A stretch of 62,768 bases of DNA, the filler included. It is 6 parts of 6 records of this genome, joined end to end, with 100 filler letters (N's around TTAATTAATTAA, not from the genome) between each part and the next. Parts side by side here need not be neighbours in the genome. Positions count along the whole stretch, not along the records: positions 1 to 25,838 come from SRR20825010_4195; 5 more parts are not named here. One strand, given 5' to 3'. How positions within the stretch are numbered: position 1 is the stretch's first letter; each line of letters begins with the position of its first letter. The notes beneath the pieces were generated by a model, which had not been told where the DNA came from, made no database searches, and saw only the letters and a list, made by a program, of their open reading frames with translations. Made by a program: the position numbers and the translations under genes. This document shows, in pieces, positions 9,519-19,805 of the stretch.

Positions 9519-11372
9519 TTATTCTTTTTCGGGATTCTTTTCCTCTTTTTTAACTTGAATTTCCCTCCCCAAATAAACCAGTTTAAAGCCCTCGCCTTTT
9601 GGAGTAAAATCCTTGCTGTTGGCGGGTATGATCTCAATACTGCCGTCCGGGGATTTTGTGAACAAGGGTACAATGTCTCTTTCTTCCACGGTAATATCTA
9701 TCAAATCATCATAGTGTTCCTTGTCCTCCAGATCAATCTCGTGTATGATAGGGTGCTTCCGTACCGTATCCATCAATTGGATAAAGTCATCGGTATGCGA
9801 AAAAAGTCCTTCTTTTGGGTTATTGTCAGGGTCGTTCACCTCTTCGGTATTTACAAGCCTGAAAGCTCCGTTCTCCCCAAATTGTCGTTGAAACTTGTTG
9901 ATCGCGAATTTGTTGATATCCGAGTTCCCGGTCAACGCCATTAGATATCCCATATCGTTAAGCTCGATATTATCGGTTAGCGTATCGGAGAAAATATTGG
10001 CGGTAATGGCCTCAAGTCCCAATTTTTTCGCTTTTTCCACATTGTTTTGGTTGTTGTCTATCAATACGACGTGCCTATTGTTCTTCCTCAAATAGTTTCC
10101 GATGAGCCTGGACAGTTTGGAGGCGCCAATAATTAAAATACCCTCGGACTTCTTCAGGAACACGCCAACGAGCTTGGCAAAAAAACGGGCCGTAGTCGCA
10201 TTTAACAATACGGTTCCCAGAACGATCATAAAGACCAACGGGGTAATGTATTCCGCGCCCGGTTCTCCCCTTGATACCAGTTTAGATCCAAAAAGCGAAG
10301 CAATACCCGCCGCTACGATACCGCGCGGACCCACCCATCCTATAAAAAGCTTTTCGTTGAATTTTAAATTGGACCCCTGGGCGCTCAGAAAGACCCCGAT
10401 AGGCCGTATAAGGAATACAATTACCGCAAAAAGGGCAACGGTGTTCCAGTTGTAAATAAGTTCTAGATCGCTAATATTGATATTGGCCGCCAATAGGATA
10501 AAAAGGATGGAAATCAACAACACGCTCAGGGATTCCTTAAAATAAAGAAGTTCCTTGATGTTCGGCAGGTTCATGTTGCCCATGACCATACCCATCACCA
10601 CTACGGCCAACAGGCCGGATTCGTGGGCGAACAGGTCCGATTCCACATATACCAGGAGTACCGTGGAGAGCGAAACCACATTGAGCAGGTAATGCGGGAT
10701 AAAATTTCTTTTGATGGCAAATGCCAATGCATGTGCAAAGGTGAACCCAAAAGTCGTCCCGAACAGGATGATCTTACCGAACTCGATAAGTGCCGTTTGG
10801 GTAAAGGCCTGTCCCTCTCCAACACTAATGAACTCGAACACCAATACCGCGACCAAGGCCCCGATGGGGTCGATCAATATCCCTTCCCATTTCAGGACCG
10901 CCGAGACGTCCTTTTTTAGTGGAATGTTCCTAAGAATAGGTGTGATCACGGTAGGCCCGGTCACAATGATCAAACCGGAGAACAAAAAGGAAATTTGCCA
11001 AGAAAGTCCAAAAACATAGTGTGCTGCGACCCCTGCTCCAAAAAAAGTGACCACTGTACCGATGGTGATCAATTTGGTGATGACAGGTCCCACATTGGAT
11101 ATCTCCGCCCTTTTTAGGGTCAACCCTCCTTCAAAAAGTATGACACTTATCGCCAAGGACACAAAATAGTACAACCCTTCGCCCGGGAACAAGCCTTTCT
11201 CGCCATTCCAAATAGGTTCTATCAGTTTTGATCCGTCCTCCGTGTATAAAGTCGCTATGGGGCCTACCAGCAACCCTATCAATATAAGGGGTAAGATCGC
11301 AGGAAGCTTGAAGCGCCAAGCGACCCATTGTGCAATAATGCCAAGAATTATGATTCCAGCAAGTTCGAGCAT
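9519..11372 (-). CDS. Cation:proton antiporter (CPA1/NhaP-type) with C-terminal TrkA-N-like domain
   Basis: ILFEGGLTL, VTGPTV, WEGILIDPIG and WVGPRGIVAA motifs; C-terminal ILIIGASK Rossmann-like domain. Confidence 0.9.
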   Translation of the reverse strand: MLELAGIIILGIIAQWVAWRFKLPAILPLILIGLLVGPIATLYTEDGSKLIEPIWNGEKGLFPGEGLYYFVSLAISVILFEGGLTLKRAEISNVGPVITKLITIGTVVTFFGAGVAAHYVFGLSWQISFLFSGLIIVTGPTVITPILRNIPLKKDVSAVLKWEGILIDPIGALVAVLVFEFISVGEGQAFTQTALIEFGKIILFGTTFGFTFAHALAFAIKRNFIPHYLLNVVSLSTVLLVYVESDLFAHESGLLAVVVMGMVMGNMNLPNIKELLYFKESLSVLLISILFILLAANINISDLELIYNWNTVALFAVIVFLIRPIGVFLSAQGSNLKFNEKLFIGWVGPRGIVAAGIASLFGSKLVSRGEPGAEYITPLVFMIVLGTVLLNATTARFFAKLVGVFLKKSEGILIIGASKLSRLIGNYLRKNNRHVVLIDNNQNNVEKAKKLGLEAITANIFSDTLTDNIELNDMGYLMALTGNSDINKFAINKFQRQFGENGAFRLVNTEEVNDPDNNPKEGLFSHTDDFIQLMDTVRKHPIIHEIDLEDKEHYDDLIDITVEERDIVPLFTKSPDGSIEIIPANSKDFTPKGEGFKLVYLGREIQVKKEEKNPEKE

Positions 11373-11581
11373 CGTTTAAGTTTTGTGGAAATTTACTGTT
11401 TTTCTTTTAGATAATCATTCTTCAATATCCCTGTCAAGGGATAGAAAAGCGCATATCCGCCCAAACTATGGCCGTTTTAATGAAACTCTTCCCTTTTTTG
11501 TTAAAATAGGGCCAATATATCCTTATTTTTTCGCCATTTGGGTCGTGCTTTTCTTATTTTGCACCCCATTTTACTTTCGGA

Positions 11582-12448
11582 ATGACAATTTATCCCATAG
11601 AGACAGGTAATTTTAAGTTGGATGGTGGAGCCATGTTCGGTGTCGTCCCCAAATCTATTTGGAACAGGACCAACCCTGCAGATGCCAACAATATGATCGA
11701 TCTTGCCGCCCGGTGCCTTTTGATAGAAGAAGGTGACAGGCTTATTTTGATCGATAACGGACTTGGCAACAAACAATCAGAAAAATTCTTTAGCTACTAT
11801 CACCTCTGGGGCGATCATTCATTGGACAAATCATTGAAAAATGCCGGCTTCCATCGGGACGATGTAACGGACGTTTTTTTGACCCATCTCCATTTTGACC
11901 ATTGCGGTGGCAGTATCCAATGGAACAAAGACCGAACCGGTTATGAGCCCGCCTTCAAAAATGCCAAGTTCTGGACAAATAAAGACCATTGGGAATGGGC
12001 CACCCAACCGAACGCAAGGGAAAAAGCTTCCTTTTTAAAAGAAAATCTGTTGCCCATGCAAGAAAGCGGCCAGTTGCATTTTGTGGACCGAAGGGAATCC
12101 TCTTTCATAGAAAATTCTGAACTCGGGTTCGGTATCCATTTCGTGGACGGCCATACCGATAAACAAATGCTACCGCATTTAAATTATAAAGGCAAGACCT
12201 TGGTCTTTGTGGCCGACCTGGTTCCTACCGTTGGGCATATTCCCCTGCCCTATGTGATGGGATATGACACACGGCCCTTGTTGACCTTAAAAGAAAAAGA
12301 ATCCTTTTTAAAAAAAGCTGCAGAAAACGATTGGCTCCTCTTGTTCGAGCACGATGCACATAATCAAATCTGCTCATTGAAGCAGTCCGAAAAGGGAGCC
12401 CGCCTCGATGGCCTCTTTTCCTACAATGAAATATTCAGTATACAATAA
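11582..12448 (+). CDS. MBL-fold metallo-hydrolase (YtnP-like)
   Basis: LDGGAMFGVVP, THLHFDHCGG (HxHxDH), GHT, ADL and FEHD motifs. Confidence 0.92.
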   Translation: MTIYPIETGNFKLDGGAMFGVVPKSIWNRTNPADANNMIDLAARCLLIEEGDRLILIDNGLGNKQSEKFFSYYHLWGDHSLDKSLKNAGFHRDDVTDVFLTHLHFDHCGGSIQWNKDRTGYEPAFKNAKFWTNKDHWEWATQPNAREKASFLKENLLPMQESGQLHFVDRRESSFIENSELGFGIHFVDGHTDKQMLPHLNYKGKTLVFVADLVPTVGHIPLPYVMGYDTRPLLTLKEKESFLKKAAENDWLLLFEHDAHNQICSLKQSEKGARLDGLFSYNEIFSIQ

Positions 12449-12474
12449 CCTCACATTTTTTACAATTAATTTTT

Positions 12475-14124
12475 ATGAATCGCACATATAACAAACTATC
12501 ATTCCTATCGCTGTCCGCCGCTCTATTTTTAATGGGTTGTGGGTCCACCGGATTGGTCTCGACCCCGGTTGAGAACATTGACTCTGTACCCTTGAAAGTC
12601 GCTGAACTTACCGAAACGCAGAAGAAAAACTGGGGACACTTGGACCTTATCAAGGACACGATACCGGGAATGAGCGTGGATAAGGCCTACGATGAAATCA
12701 TTAAGAACAAAAAAGGAAAAACCGTTGTCGTGGCCGTTTTGGATTCGGGCATGGATCTGGAGCACGAAGACCTGAAGGGCGTCCTTTGGACCAATTCTGG
12801 CGAAACACCCGACAATGGCAAGGATGATGATGGCAATGGTTATGTGGACGATATCCACGGTTACAACTTTTTGGGCGGATCCTATAACGAGCAATTGGAG
12901 TATGTCCGAATGCTGCGTTTGAACATCGGGGATGCGTCCGAAAGGGCAGAAGCAAGACTTTTGCTCGATAAGGAATATCCCGAAGCCGTTCAGAACAAAC
13001 AGCAGTACGAACAAATATTTCAGGTGGTGAAAGGCGCCGATGAGCTTGTTAAAAACGAGTTGGGCAAAGAGACCTATACCAAAAAAGATCTGCTCTCCAT
13101 AGAACCAAAAACGGCGCAAATGGAGCAAAGTGTTGCGGTTTTGACCCAAATGTTTACCTATGGCGACAGTATTCCCGAAGTATTGGAGGAGCTTGAAGAA
13201 GGCATCACTTATTTTACCGATCAGGCCAACTACAACCTCAACAAGGACTTTAACGGCAGGGAGCCTGTGGGCGACGACCCTTATGAAATTACCGATGTGC
13301 CGTACGGAAACGGAAACCCAAAGAACATGGTGGACACCGAGAGCCATGGTACCCACGTTGCCGGAATTATCGCTGCAAAAAGAAACAATGGCATTGGTAT
13401 GAACGGAGTGGCCAACAACGTTGAAATTATGAGCATCAGGGCCGTTCCCAACGGAGATGAATACGACAAGGATATTGCTTTGGGCATTAGGTATGCCGTT
13501 GACAACGGAGCCTCCATAATCAACTGTAGCTTCGGGAAATCTTTTTCTCCTAAAGCCGAGTGGGTCTACGATGCCATAAAATATGCCGCATCCAAGGATG
13601 TGTTGATCGTGCATGCCGCAGGAAACGATGGCGAGGACCTAGAGGTTCCGGAAAACAGGAATTATCCAAATGACGATATGGACAGGGATAGCGAATTTGT
13701 GGACAACGTGATTACCGTTGGGGCCCTTTCCAGCAGTTACGGTTCTGAAATGGTCGCGTCTTTCTCCAATTATGGAAAACAACGTGTAGATGTATTCGCC
13801 CCGGGCGACGCCATATATTCCACGATGCCCAATAGCGAATACGAATTCCAGGGCGGAACATCCATGGCGGCCCCAGCAGTTGCAGGCGTTGCTGCATTGA
13901 TTCTTTCTTATTATCCAGACCTTTCCGCTTCCCAGGTCAAAAGTATCATCATGCAGTCCGGACTTAGGGCCAAGACATCCGTTATCGTTGCAGGGGATGA
14001 GACCAAAGCGACCACTTTCGACAAAATTTCCAAGTCCGGTAAGATGGTTAATGCCTATAATGCCTTAATTTTAGCGGACAACATCTCAAACGGTAAAATG
14101 ACCTTAGAAAGCAATTCTAAATAA
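12475..14124 (+). CDS. S8 subtilisin-family serine peptidase, lipoprotein
   Basis: Lipobox LMGC and catalytic triad VAVLDSG / HGTHVAG / GTSMAAP. Confidence 0.93.
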   Translation: MNRTYNKLSFLSLSAALFLMGCGSTGLVSTPVENIDSVPLKVAELTETQKKNWGHLDLIKDTIPGMSVDKAYDEIIKNKKGKTVVVAVLDSGMDLEHEDLKGVLWTNSGETPDNGKDDDGNGYVDDIHGYNFLGGSYNEQLEYVRMLRLNIGDASERAEARLLLDKEYPEAVQNKQQYEQIFQVVKGADELVKNELGKETYTKKDLLSIEPKTAQMEQSVAVLTQMFTYGDSIPEVLEELEEGITYFTDQANYNLNKDFNGREPVGDDPYEITDVPYGNGNPKNMVDTESHGTHVAGIIAAKRNNGIGMNGVANNVEIMSIRAVPNGDEYDKDIALGIRYAVDNGASIINCSFGKSFSPKAEWVYDAIKYAASKDVLIVHAAGNDGEDLEVPENRNYPNDDMDRDSEFVDNVITVGALSSSYGSEMVASFSNYGKQRVDVFAPGDAIYSTMPNSEYEFQGGTSMAAPAVAGVAALILSYYPDLSASQVKSIIMQSGLRAKTSVIVAGDETKATTFDKISKSGKMVNAYNALILADNISNGKMTLESNSK

Positions 14125-14127
14125 AAT

Positions 14128-15978
14128 ATGAAGCATTTACGATCCCTCTTTTTTTCGTCCTTTTTTGGGGCTACCCTTTTTTTAAGTGCGCAATCAAGTG
14201 ACTGGCAACAGCACGTGGATTATACCATGGATGTACAAATGGATGTAAAGACCTATCAGTACACCGGCACCCAAAAATTGGTCTATACCAACAATTCCCC
14301 GGATGAATTGAGCCGCGTTTTTTATCATTTATACTACAATGCCTTTCAGCCCGGTAGTGAAATGGACATTAGGCTACAAAACATTAAAGATCCCGATAAA
14401 CGGATGATGGTCGATGGAAAAAGCAGGATTGCATCCCTTTCAGAAAGTGAAATGGGGTATCTTCATACAGAATCGCTTACCCAAGACGGCCAACCTGTTT
14501 CCTTTACAGAAGAAGGCACCATTCTTGTGGTCGATTTGGCCAAGCCTATTCCTTCCGGAGGAAAAACCACTTTAGAAATGACCTTCAAGGGGCAAGTTCC
14601 CCTTCAAATTAGACGCTCTGGAAGAAATAGTAGCGAGGGCGTTGCGCTTTCCATGAGCCAGTGGTATCCAAAACTTTCAGAATATGATTTTGAAGGATGG
14701 CATCCAAATCCATACATAGCCCGTGAATTTCATGGGGTTTGGGGAGATTTTGATGTAAAGATTACCTTGGACAAAGATTATACCGTTGGAGGCTCTGGAT
14801 ATCTTCAAAATCCAGATGAAATTGGACACGGATATGAAGCACCGGGCACAAAAGTAAAAACCAAGGGCAAAACCTTGACTTGGCATTTTAAGGCCCCGAA
14901 GGTTCACGATTTTATGTGGGCGGCCGATCCTGAGTATATCCACGACATTTATCAAATGGAAGATGGTCCTACCCTTCATTTCTTCTACAAGGATAACCCA
15001 GAGTTCAATGAAAATTGGAAAAACCTTCAGCCAAAAACGGCGGAAGCCATGAAGTTCTTTAGCAATAATGTTGGGAAATACCCTTATGAACAATACTCCG
15101 TGGTGCAGGGAGGTGATGGCGGAATGGAATATGCCATGAGCACCTTGATTACCGGCGAACGTGAATTCGGAAGCTTGGTCGGGGTAATGGTGCACGAAAT
15201 GGCACACTCTTGGTTCCAGCACGTGCTTGCAACCAACGAATCCGAACATGAGTGGATGGACGAAGGTTTTACTTCGTTTATTAGCAGCTTGTGTATGAAC
15301 CAGATCATGGAACAAAACAAACAAAACCCTTTTGAGGGTTCTTACCGTGGATATTACGCTCTGGTAAACTCAGGTCTTGAAATGCCCCAGTCCACCCATG
15401 CGGACAGATATACGACGAATTTTGCCTATGGGGTTTCAGCCTATAGCAAAGGTTCTATTTTCCTTTCCCAATTGGGCTATGTGATCGGACAGGACAAGTT
15501 GATGGAGACCATCCAAAAATATTTTGAAGACTTCAAGTTCAAGCACCCTGTTCCGAACGACATCAAAAGAACGGCAGAAAAGGTATCCGGTATGGAACTC
15601 AACTGGTATTTGACCGATTGGACGCAGACTACCAACACCATTGATTACGGTATCAAAAGTGTTGATGCAGATGGGGAGAACACCAAAGTTACCATGGAGC
15701 GCATAGGAGAAATGCCCATGCCTTTGGATATCCTGGTCGTTGGCAAGGATGGGACACAAAAAACATACTACGTTCCATTGCGTATGATGTACGGCGAAAA
15801 AGAAAACCCATATCCAAATTTGGACCGTACCGTTTTGGAAGACTGGCCATGGGCCTACCCAACGTACGAATTTACCTTGGACATGCCCTTGGAAAACGTG
15901 CAGGCCATTATGATCGACCCTTCTCAATTGATGGCCGATGTGGATGGTGAGAACAACGTATACCAAGCAGAGGAATAA
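14128..15978 (+). CDS. M1 family metallo-aminopeptidase
   Basis: Signal peptide, GGMEY and HEMAHSWF...WMDEG (HExxH-x18-E). Confidence 0.93.
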   Translation: MKHLRSLFFSSFFGATLFLSAQSSDWQQHVDYTMDVQMDVKTYQYTGTQKLVYTNNSPDELSRVFYHLYYNAFQPGSEMDIRLQNIKDPDKRMMVDGKSRIASLSESEMGYLHTESLTQDGQPVSFTEEGTILVVDLAKPIPSGGKTTLEMTFKGQVPLQIRRSGRNSSEGVALSMSQWYPKLSEYDFEGWHPNPYIAREFHGVWGDFDVKITLDKDYTVGGSGYLQNPDEIGHGYEAPGTKVKTKGKTLTWHFKAPKVHDFMWAADPEYIHDIYQMEDGPTLHFFYKDNPEFNENWKNLQPKTAEAMKFFSNNVGKYPYEQYSVVQGGDGGMEYAMSTLITGEREFGSLVGVMVHEMAHSWFQHVLATNESEHEWMDEGFTSFISSLCMNQIMEQNKQNPFEGSYRGYYALVNSGLEMPQSTHADRYTTNFAYGVSAYSKGSIFLSQLGYVIGQDKLMETIQKYFEDFKFKHPVPNDIKRTAEKVSGMELNWYLTDWTQTTNTIDYGIKSVDADGENTKVTMERIGEMPMPLDILVVGKDGTQKTYYVPLRMMYGEKENPYPNLDRTVLEDWPWAYPTYEFTLDMPLENVQAIMIDPSQLMADVDGENNVYQAEE

Positions 15979-16002
15979 GCAGCTTTCCTTTAACAGAACA
16001 AC

Positions 16003-16030
16003 AAGGGTGGCCGTTTGTGCCGCCCTTTTT
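16003..16030 (+). terminator. Intrinsic terminator after the MBL-S8-M1 unit
   Basis: AAGGGTGGC-loop-GCCGCCCTT stem followed by a T-run. Confidence 0.7.
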
Positions 16031-16090
16031 CATTTAATCTTGGATTTATTTAAGTAATTTGACCTTTCCAAAGAACTAGTCTCCATCATA

Positions 16091-16534
16091 ATGTCTGAAG
16101 AAAATACAGATTCAAACGATACTAATACACCCCTAAGGTCCCCTCAAGGGGACTTTTCCTTTCCAAAAAAAGAGAAACTGACCAATAAAAAATTGTTCGA
16201 AGCGCTTTTTACAGAAGGCAAGTCCCTTCATGTATTTCCGGTTAAGCTGATCTACCTCCCTTCAAATTTTAGTGATGGCTCCAGAGTAAAGGTCGCTGTT
16301 GTCGCCCCAAAAAGAAAATTTAAAACGGCGGTAGACCGCAACCGCATCAAACGATTAATGAGAGAGGCCTACAGGCTCAACAAGCCCCTCATTTTTAACA
16401 ACATTGAAAGGAATTTTGCGTTCATATTTTTATACCTTGGCAAGAAGGCTCCAAGTTTTGATGAAGTAGAAATAGCCATGAAAAAGCTGTTGGATGCCTT
16501 TGTAAATAAAGAATCCCATGAAAAGATTGATTAG
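16091..16534 (+). CDS. rnpA: Ribonuclease P protein component
   Basis: FPKKEKL and RNR motif KTAVDRNRIKRLMREAYRL. Has an N-terminal extension containing a palindromic repeat. Confidence 0.93.
   Translation: MSEENTDSNDTNTPLRSPQGDFSFPKKEKLTNKKLFEALFTEGKSLHVFPVKLIYLPSNFSDGSRVKVAVVAPKRKFKTAVDRNRIKRLMREAYRLNKPLIFNNIERNFAFIFLYLGKKAPSFDEVEIAMKKLLDAFVNKESHEKID
16127..16153. repeat. REP-like palindromic element, copy 1 (inside rnpA 5' coding region)
   Basis: ACACCCCTAAGGTCCCCTCAAGGGGAC with hairpin GTCCCC-TCAA-GGGGAC; 26/27 identical to 19774-19800. Confidence 0.8.
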
Positions 16535-18143
16535 AAAGCAGGTTTTGATTCCCGTTTTGGCGGTTGTGGTCTTGGTAGGGGCCAGTAGCTTTAAAAGCGA
16601 CTTTTTTGAAATCGCCAAACAGATAGAAATTTTTACCACCCTCTTCAAGGAGCTCAACATGAACTATGTGGACGAGACCAATCCCGCAGAATTGATGGAT
16701 TCCGCCATAAAAAACATGTTGGGAGAGCTAGATCCCTATACGCAGTTTTTGAATGAGCAGGATGTAGAATCCTTTAAAATCAACAACGCTGGGGAATACT
16801 CAGGTATAGGTGCCCTTGTCCGCTCATATGAAAATAAATTGTTGGTCGTAGAACCGTATCAAGGGTATGCAGCCGACAAAGCTGGATTAAGGGCCGGGGA
16901 CGAGATTATTAAAATTGGGGAGACTGTGGTCGCTGATTTCGACGATAACGCCGGAGAGCTGCTCAAAGGGGCCAACAACTCTACTGTTGAGGTTACTTTT
17001 TTGCGACAGGGAGAAACCAAAACCACCACCATCACCAGAGGTGGCGTGGAGGTAGATGCCGTTCCGTTTTATGATATGATCGATGATAAAACCGGATATA
17101 TTGTTTTATCCCGTTTTAACCAAAAAGCATCCAAGCAAACACAATCTGCTTTACAGGACCTTAAGGGACGTGGTGCCGAGAGGTTGATCCTTGATCTTAG
17201 GGGAAATCCGGGCGGGCTATTGTCCGAGGCCATCAACGTTACAAATCTATTTGTTCCGAAAGGAGAACTTATCGTTACGACAAAATCCAAGGTCAAAAAA
17301 TTCAATCAGGAATACAGGACCCGGAACAAGCCGGAAGATGAAGAAATCCCGTTGGTGGTACTCGTCAACGGAAAAAGTGCTTCGGCGAGTGAGATTGTTT
17401 CGGGCGGACTACAAGATTTGGATCGGGCGGTAATTATAGGTGCAAGGAGTTTTGGCAAAGGGTTGGTACAACGCCCGCTCAAACTAACTTATGGTACGCA
17501 ATTAAAGGTAACCATTTCCAGATATTACACCCCTTCGGGCAGATGTATACAATCCTTGGATTATTGGAACAGGGATGAGCAAGGAAATGCCGTTCGCAAT
17601 ACAACGTTCAATGAATTCACCACCAGAAACGGAAGAAAGGTCTGGGATGGCGGGGGCGTAATGCCCGATATCACCATCGAATCCTTAAAAACAAATTCGT
17701 TGATCGACGCTTTGGAATCCAACAATATCGTTTTTGATTTTGCCACAGAATATTTTTACGATCACAGTTTTGATTCTGTGGACAACTTTAGCTTTTCAAG
17801 CTCGGATTATAGTGCTTTCAAGGCCTATGCCGCAGAACAGAACTTCTCTTACCAGACAAAAACCGAACAAGTCTTGGAAGAAACCATCAATGGAGACGAC
17901 ACCTTATTGGGTGCCGATGTACAGGAAAAGTACAAGGACCTTCTCCTAGCGATAAATAGGGGAAAGATAAATGCATTGGATACCTATAAAGATGAAATCC
18001 AAAAGAATTTGGAGGATGAAATCATTACCAGGTATTTTTACAGGGAAGGTCTTTACAGGTATTATCTAAAACACGATGATGCAATTCTAACCGCAAAAGA
18101 ACTATTGGCAGACAACACTAAATATTCCAATATTTTAAAGTAA
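16518..18143 (+). CDS. S41 family C-terminal processing peptidase (PDZ)
   Basis: LDPYT, PDZ GLRAGDEI, DLRGNPGGLL, SASASEIVSG and FGKGLVQ motifs. Overlaps the rnpA stop. Confidence 0.93.
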   Translation: MKRLIRKQVLIPVLAVVVLVGASSFKSDFFEIAKQIEIFTTLFKELNMNYVDETNPAELMDSAIKNMLGELDPYTQFLNEQDVESFKINNAGEYSGIGALVRSYENKLLVVEPYQGYAADKAGLRAGDEIIKIGETVVADFDDNAGELLKGANNSTVEVTFLRQGETKTTTITRGGVEVDAVPFYDMIDDKTGYIVLSRFNQKASKQTQSALQDLKGRGAERLILDLRGNPGGLLSEAINVTNLFVPKGELIVTTKSKVKKFNQEYRTRNKPEDEEIPLVVLVNGKSASASEIVSGGLQDLDRAVIIGARSFGKGLVQRPLKLTYGTQLKVTISRYYTPSGRCIQSLDYWNRDEQGNAVRNTTFNEFTTRNGRKVWDGGGVMPDITIESLKTNSLIDALESNNIVFDFATEYFYDHSFDSVDNFSFSSSDYSAFKAYAAEQNFSYQTKTEQVLEETINGDDTLLGADVQEKYKDLLLAINRGKINALDTYKDEIQKNLEDEIITRYFYREGLYRYYLKHDDAILTAKELLADNTKYSNILK

Positions 18144-18399
18144 AAAGTGCCTTTTACCAAATATCCTTATCAAGGCCAAAATATCGTTCCCAAAAAACAG
18201 CTCCATTGTCCCATGATCTCCGTGAAAACAACTCTTGAGGCGTTGCCCCGGGGTTTTCAATTTGCATAGGCCTTAAAGGGGTTGTCTTTTAATGCCTTCC
18301 TTTACCCATAATTTTGGTGTGGGAACGTTCGAAATTCGGGGTCAAGGCCCATTTCCACAAATTTGTACGGCAATCCCTCACAAAAAAGGGAATTAATTC

Positions 18400-18407
18400 T
18401 ATTTTTG
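18400..18407 (+). promoter_or_regulatory. Bacteroidota -7 element directly before the methylase start
   Basis: TATTTTTG ends 3 nt before the ATG at 18411. Confidence 0.5.
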
Positions 18408-18410
18408 GGC

Positions 18411-19658
18411 ATGCAACAACTTAAGGTCTGTGAACTTTTTGCGGGTGTTGGCGGCTTTCGCCTAGGATTGGAAAACACGGAACACTACAAAGTGGTGTGG
18501 AGCAACCAATGGGAGCCTTCCACAAAAATGCAGCACGCTTCTTTGGTCTATGAAGCACGTTTTGGGGCGGAAAGCCATTCCAATTCCAATATTGAAACCG
18601 TCAAAACCAAAGAAATTCCCGACCATGATGTTCTTGTTGGTGGATTTCCGTGTCAAGACTACTCTGTTGCAACTTCCCTCAAGAATTCCAAGGGTCTTAT
18701 TGGTAAAAAAGGGGTGCTTTGGTGGTCCATTCACCGAATTTTGTCCGAGAAAAAAAATAAGCCGAAATATCTTTTTTTGGAAAATGTGGACCGGCTTTTA
18801 AAATCGCCCTCTAGCCAAAGAGGAAGGGATTTTTCTGTTATGCTCCGTAGTTTATCAGATTTGGGCTATGCTGTGGAATGGCGCGTGATAAATGCAGCAG
18901 AGTATGGAATGCCCCAGCGCCGAAGGCGCGTTTTTTTTCTGGCATATTTTAAGGATACGGAAATTTACAAAAAGCTTCAGAAAAACAATCCCTCCAAGTG
19001 GATTTTAAAGGAAAGCACTTTTTGTGACGCTTTTCCTGTTGACCGATCGGCAAAAAATCTGGTTGAATTTGATCTGGAAGAGGATTTGGTAGTGTTGTCC
19101 AATAATTTCAATAAGGAACAAGGCCTCTCGCCATTCCTGAACACAGGAGTTTGTATAAACGGAAAAGTATCTACTCTAAAAACTACGCCATCCTATGATG
19201 GAAAAAGGACCGTACTCTCCGATATTTTGAAAAAAGGTCCTGTTCCTTCCGAATATTACCTTGATGGCGCCGATTTGCCCAAATGGGAATATTTAAAGGG
19301 CGCAAAAAAAGAAATACGCAAGACCAGCGCTGGTTTTGAATACAATTATAGCGAGGGCAGCATGGTTTTCCCCGATGCCCTTGATCAACCTTCCAGAACT
19401 ATTATAACCGGTGAAGGCGGCAAGTCCCCGTCCCGGTTTAAGCACGTGGTCCAAACTTCCAAGGGACTGCGAAGACTCTTACCTGTTGAATTGGAACGGT
19501 TGAACATGTTTCCAGATGATCATACCAAATTGGAGGGCATTTCGGATGCCAAGCGTGCTTTTTTTATGGGCAACGCTCTGGTTGTGGGCATTGTGGAAAA
19601 ATTAGGTGTTTCCCTGTTCCGGAAAATAACCGAACTTGAAAAGCAACTTCAAAGCTGA
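18411..19658 (+). CDS. dcm: DNA cytosine-5 methyltransferase, M.Sau3AI-like (predicted GATC specificity), no adjacent endonuclease
   Basis: Motif I ELFAGVGGF, IV GGFPCQDYS, VI ENV, VIII QRRRRVF and X MGNA. The strings ENVDRLLKSPSSQRGRDF and NQWEPS match M.Sau3AI as I recall it. Start at MQQLKV. Confidence 0.9.
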   Translation: MQQLKVCELFAGVGGFRLGLENTEHYKVVWSNQWEPSTKMQHASLVYEARFGAESHSNSNIETVKTKEIPDHDVLVGGFPCQDYSVATSLKNSKGLIGKKGVLWWSIHRILSEKKNKPKYLFLENVDRLLKSPSSQRGRDFSVMLRSLSDLGYAVEWRVINAAEYGMPQRRRRVFFLAYFKDTEIYKKLQKNNPSKWILKESTFCDAFPVDRSAKNLVEFDLEEDLVVLSNNFNKEQGLSPFLNTGVCINGKVSTLKTTPSYDGKRTVLSDILKKGPVPSEYYLDGADLPKWEYLKGAKKEIRKTSAGFEYNYSEGSMVFPDALDQPSRTIITGEGGKSPSRFKHVVQTSKGLRRLLPVELERLNMFPDDHTKLEGISDAKRAFFMGNALVVGIVEKLGVSLFRKITELEKQLQS

Positions 19659-19773
19659 AAAACCTGTGAATCTTATTCTAAAATTGGATTTTTTGGAGCA
19701 GATTGGCGAGGCGTTTAATCAATTGATGTTGTCATTCTTTCTTTCTGTGTACTTATTAATCTTTTGATGAATA

Positions 19774-19800
19774 ACACCCCTATGGTCCCCTCAAGGGGAC
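19774..19800. repeat. REP-like palindromic element, copy 2 (between convergent dcm and elaA)
   Basis: ACACCCCTATGGTCCCCTCAAGGGGAC. Confidence 0.8.
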
Positions 19801-19805
19801 CATTA

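Noticed and set aside
12529-13614. 361-aa antisense ORF inside the S8 peptidase
   Set aside because: Shadow frame of a clearly identified gene, with no recognisable motifs.
18144-19805. Complete type II restriction-modification or defence island around dcm
   Set aside because: No endonuclease, Vsr or other defence ORF in either flank; neighbours are housekeeping genes.
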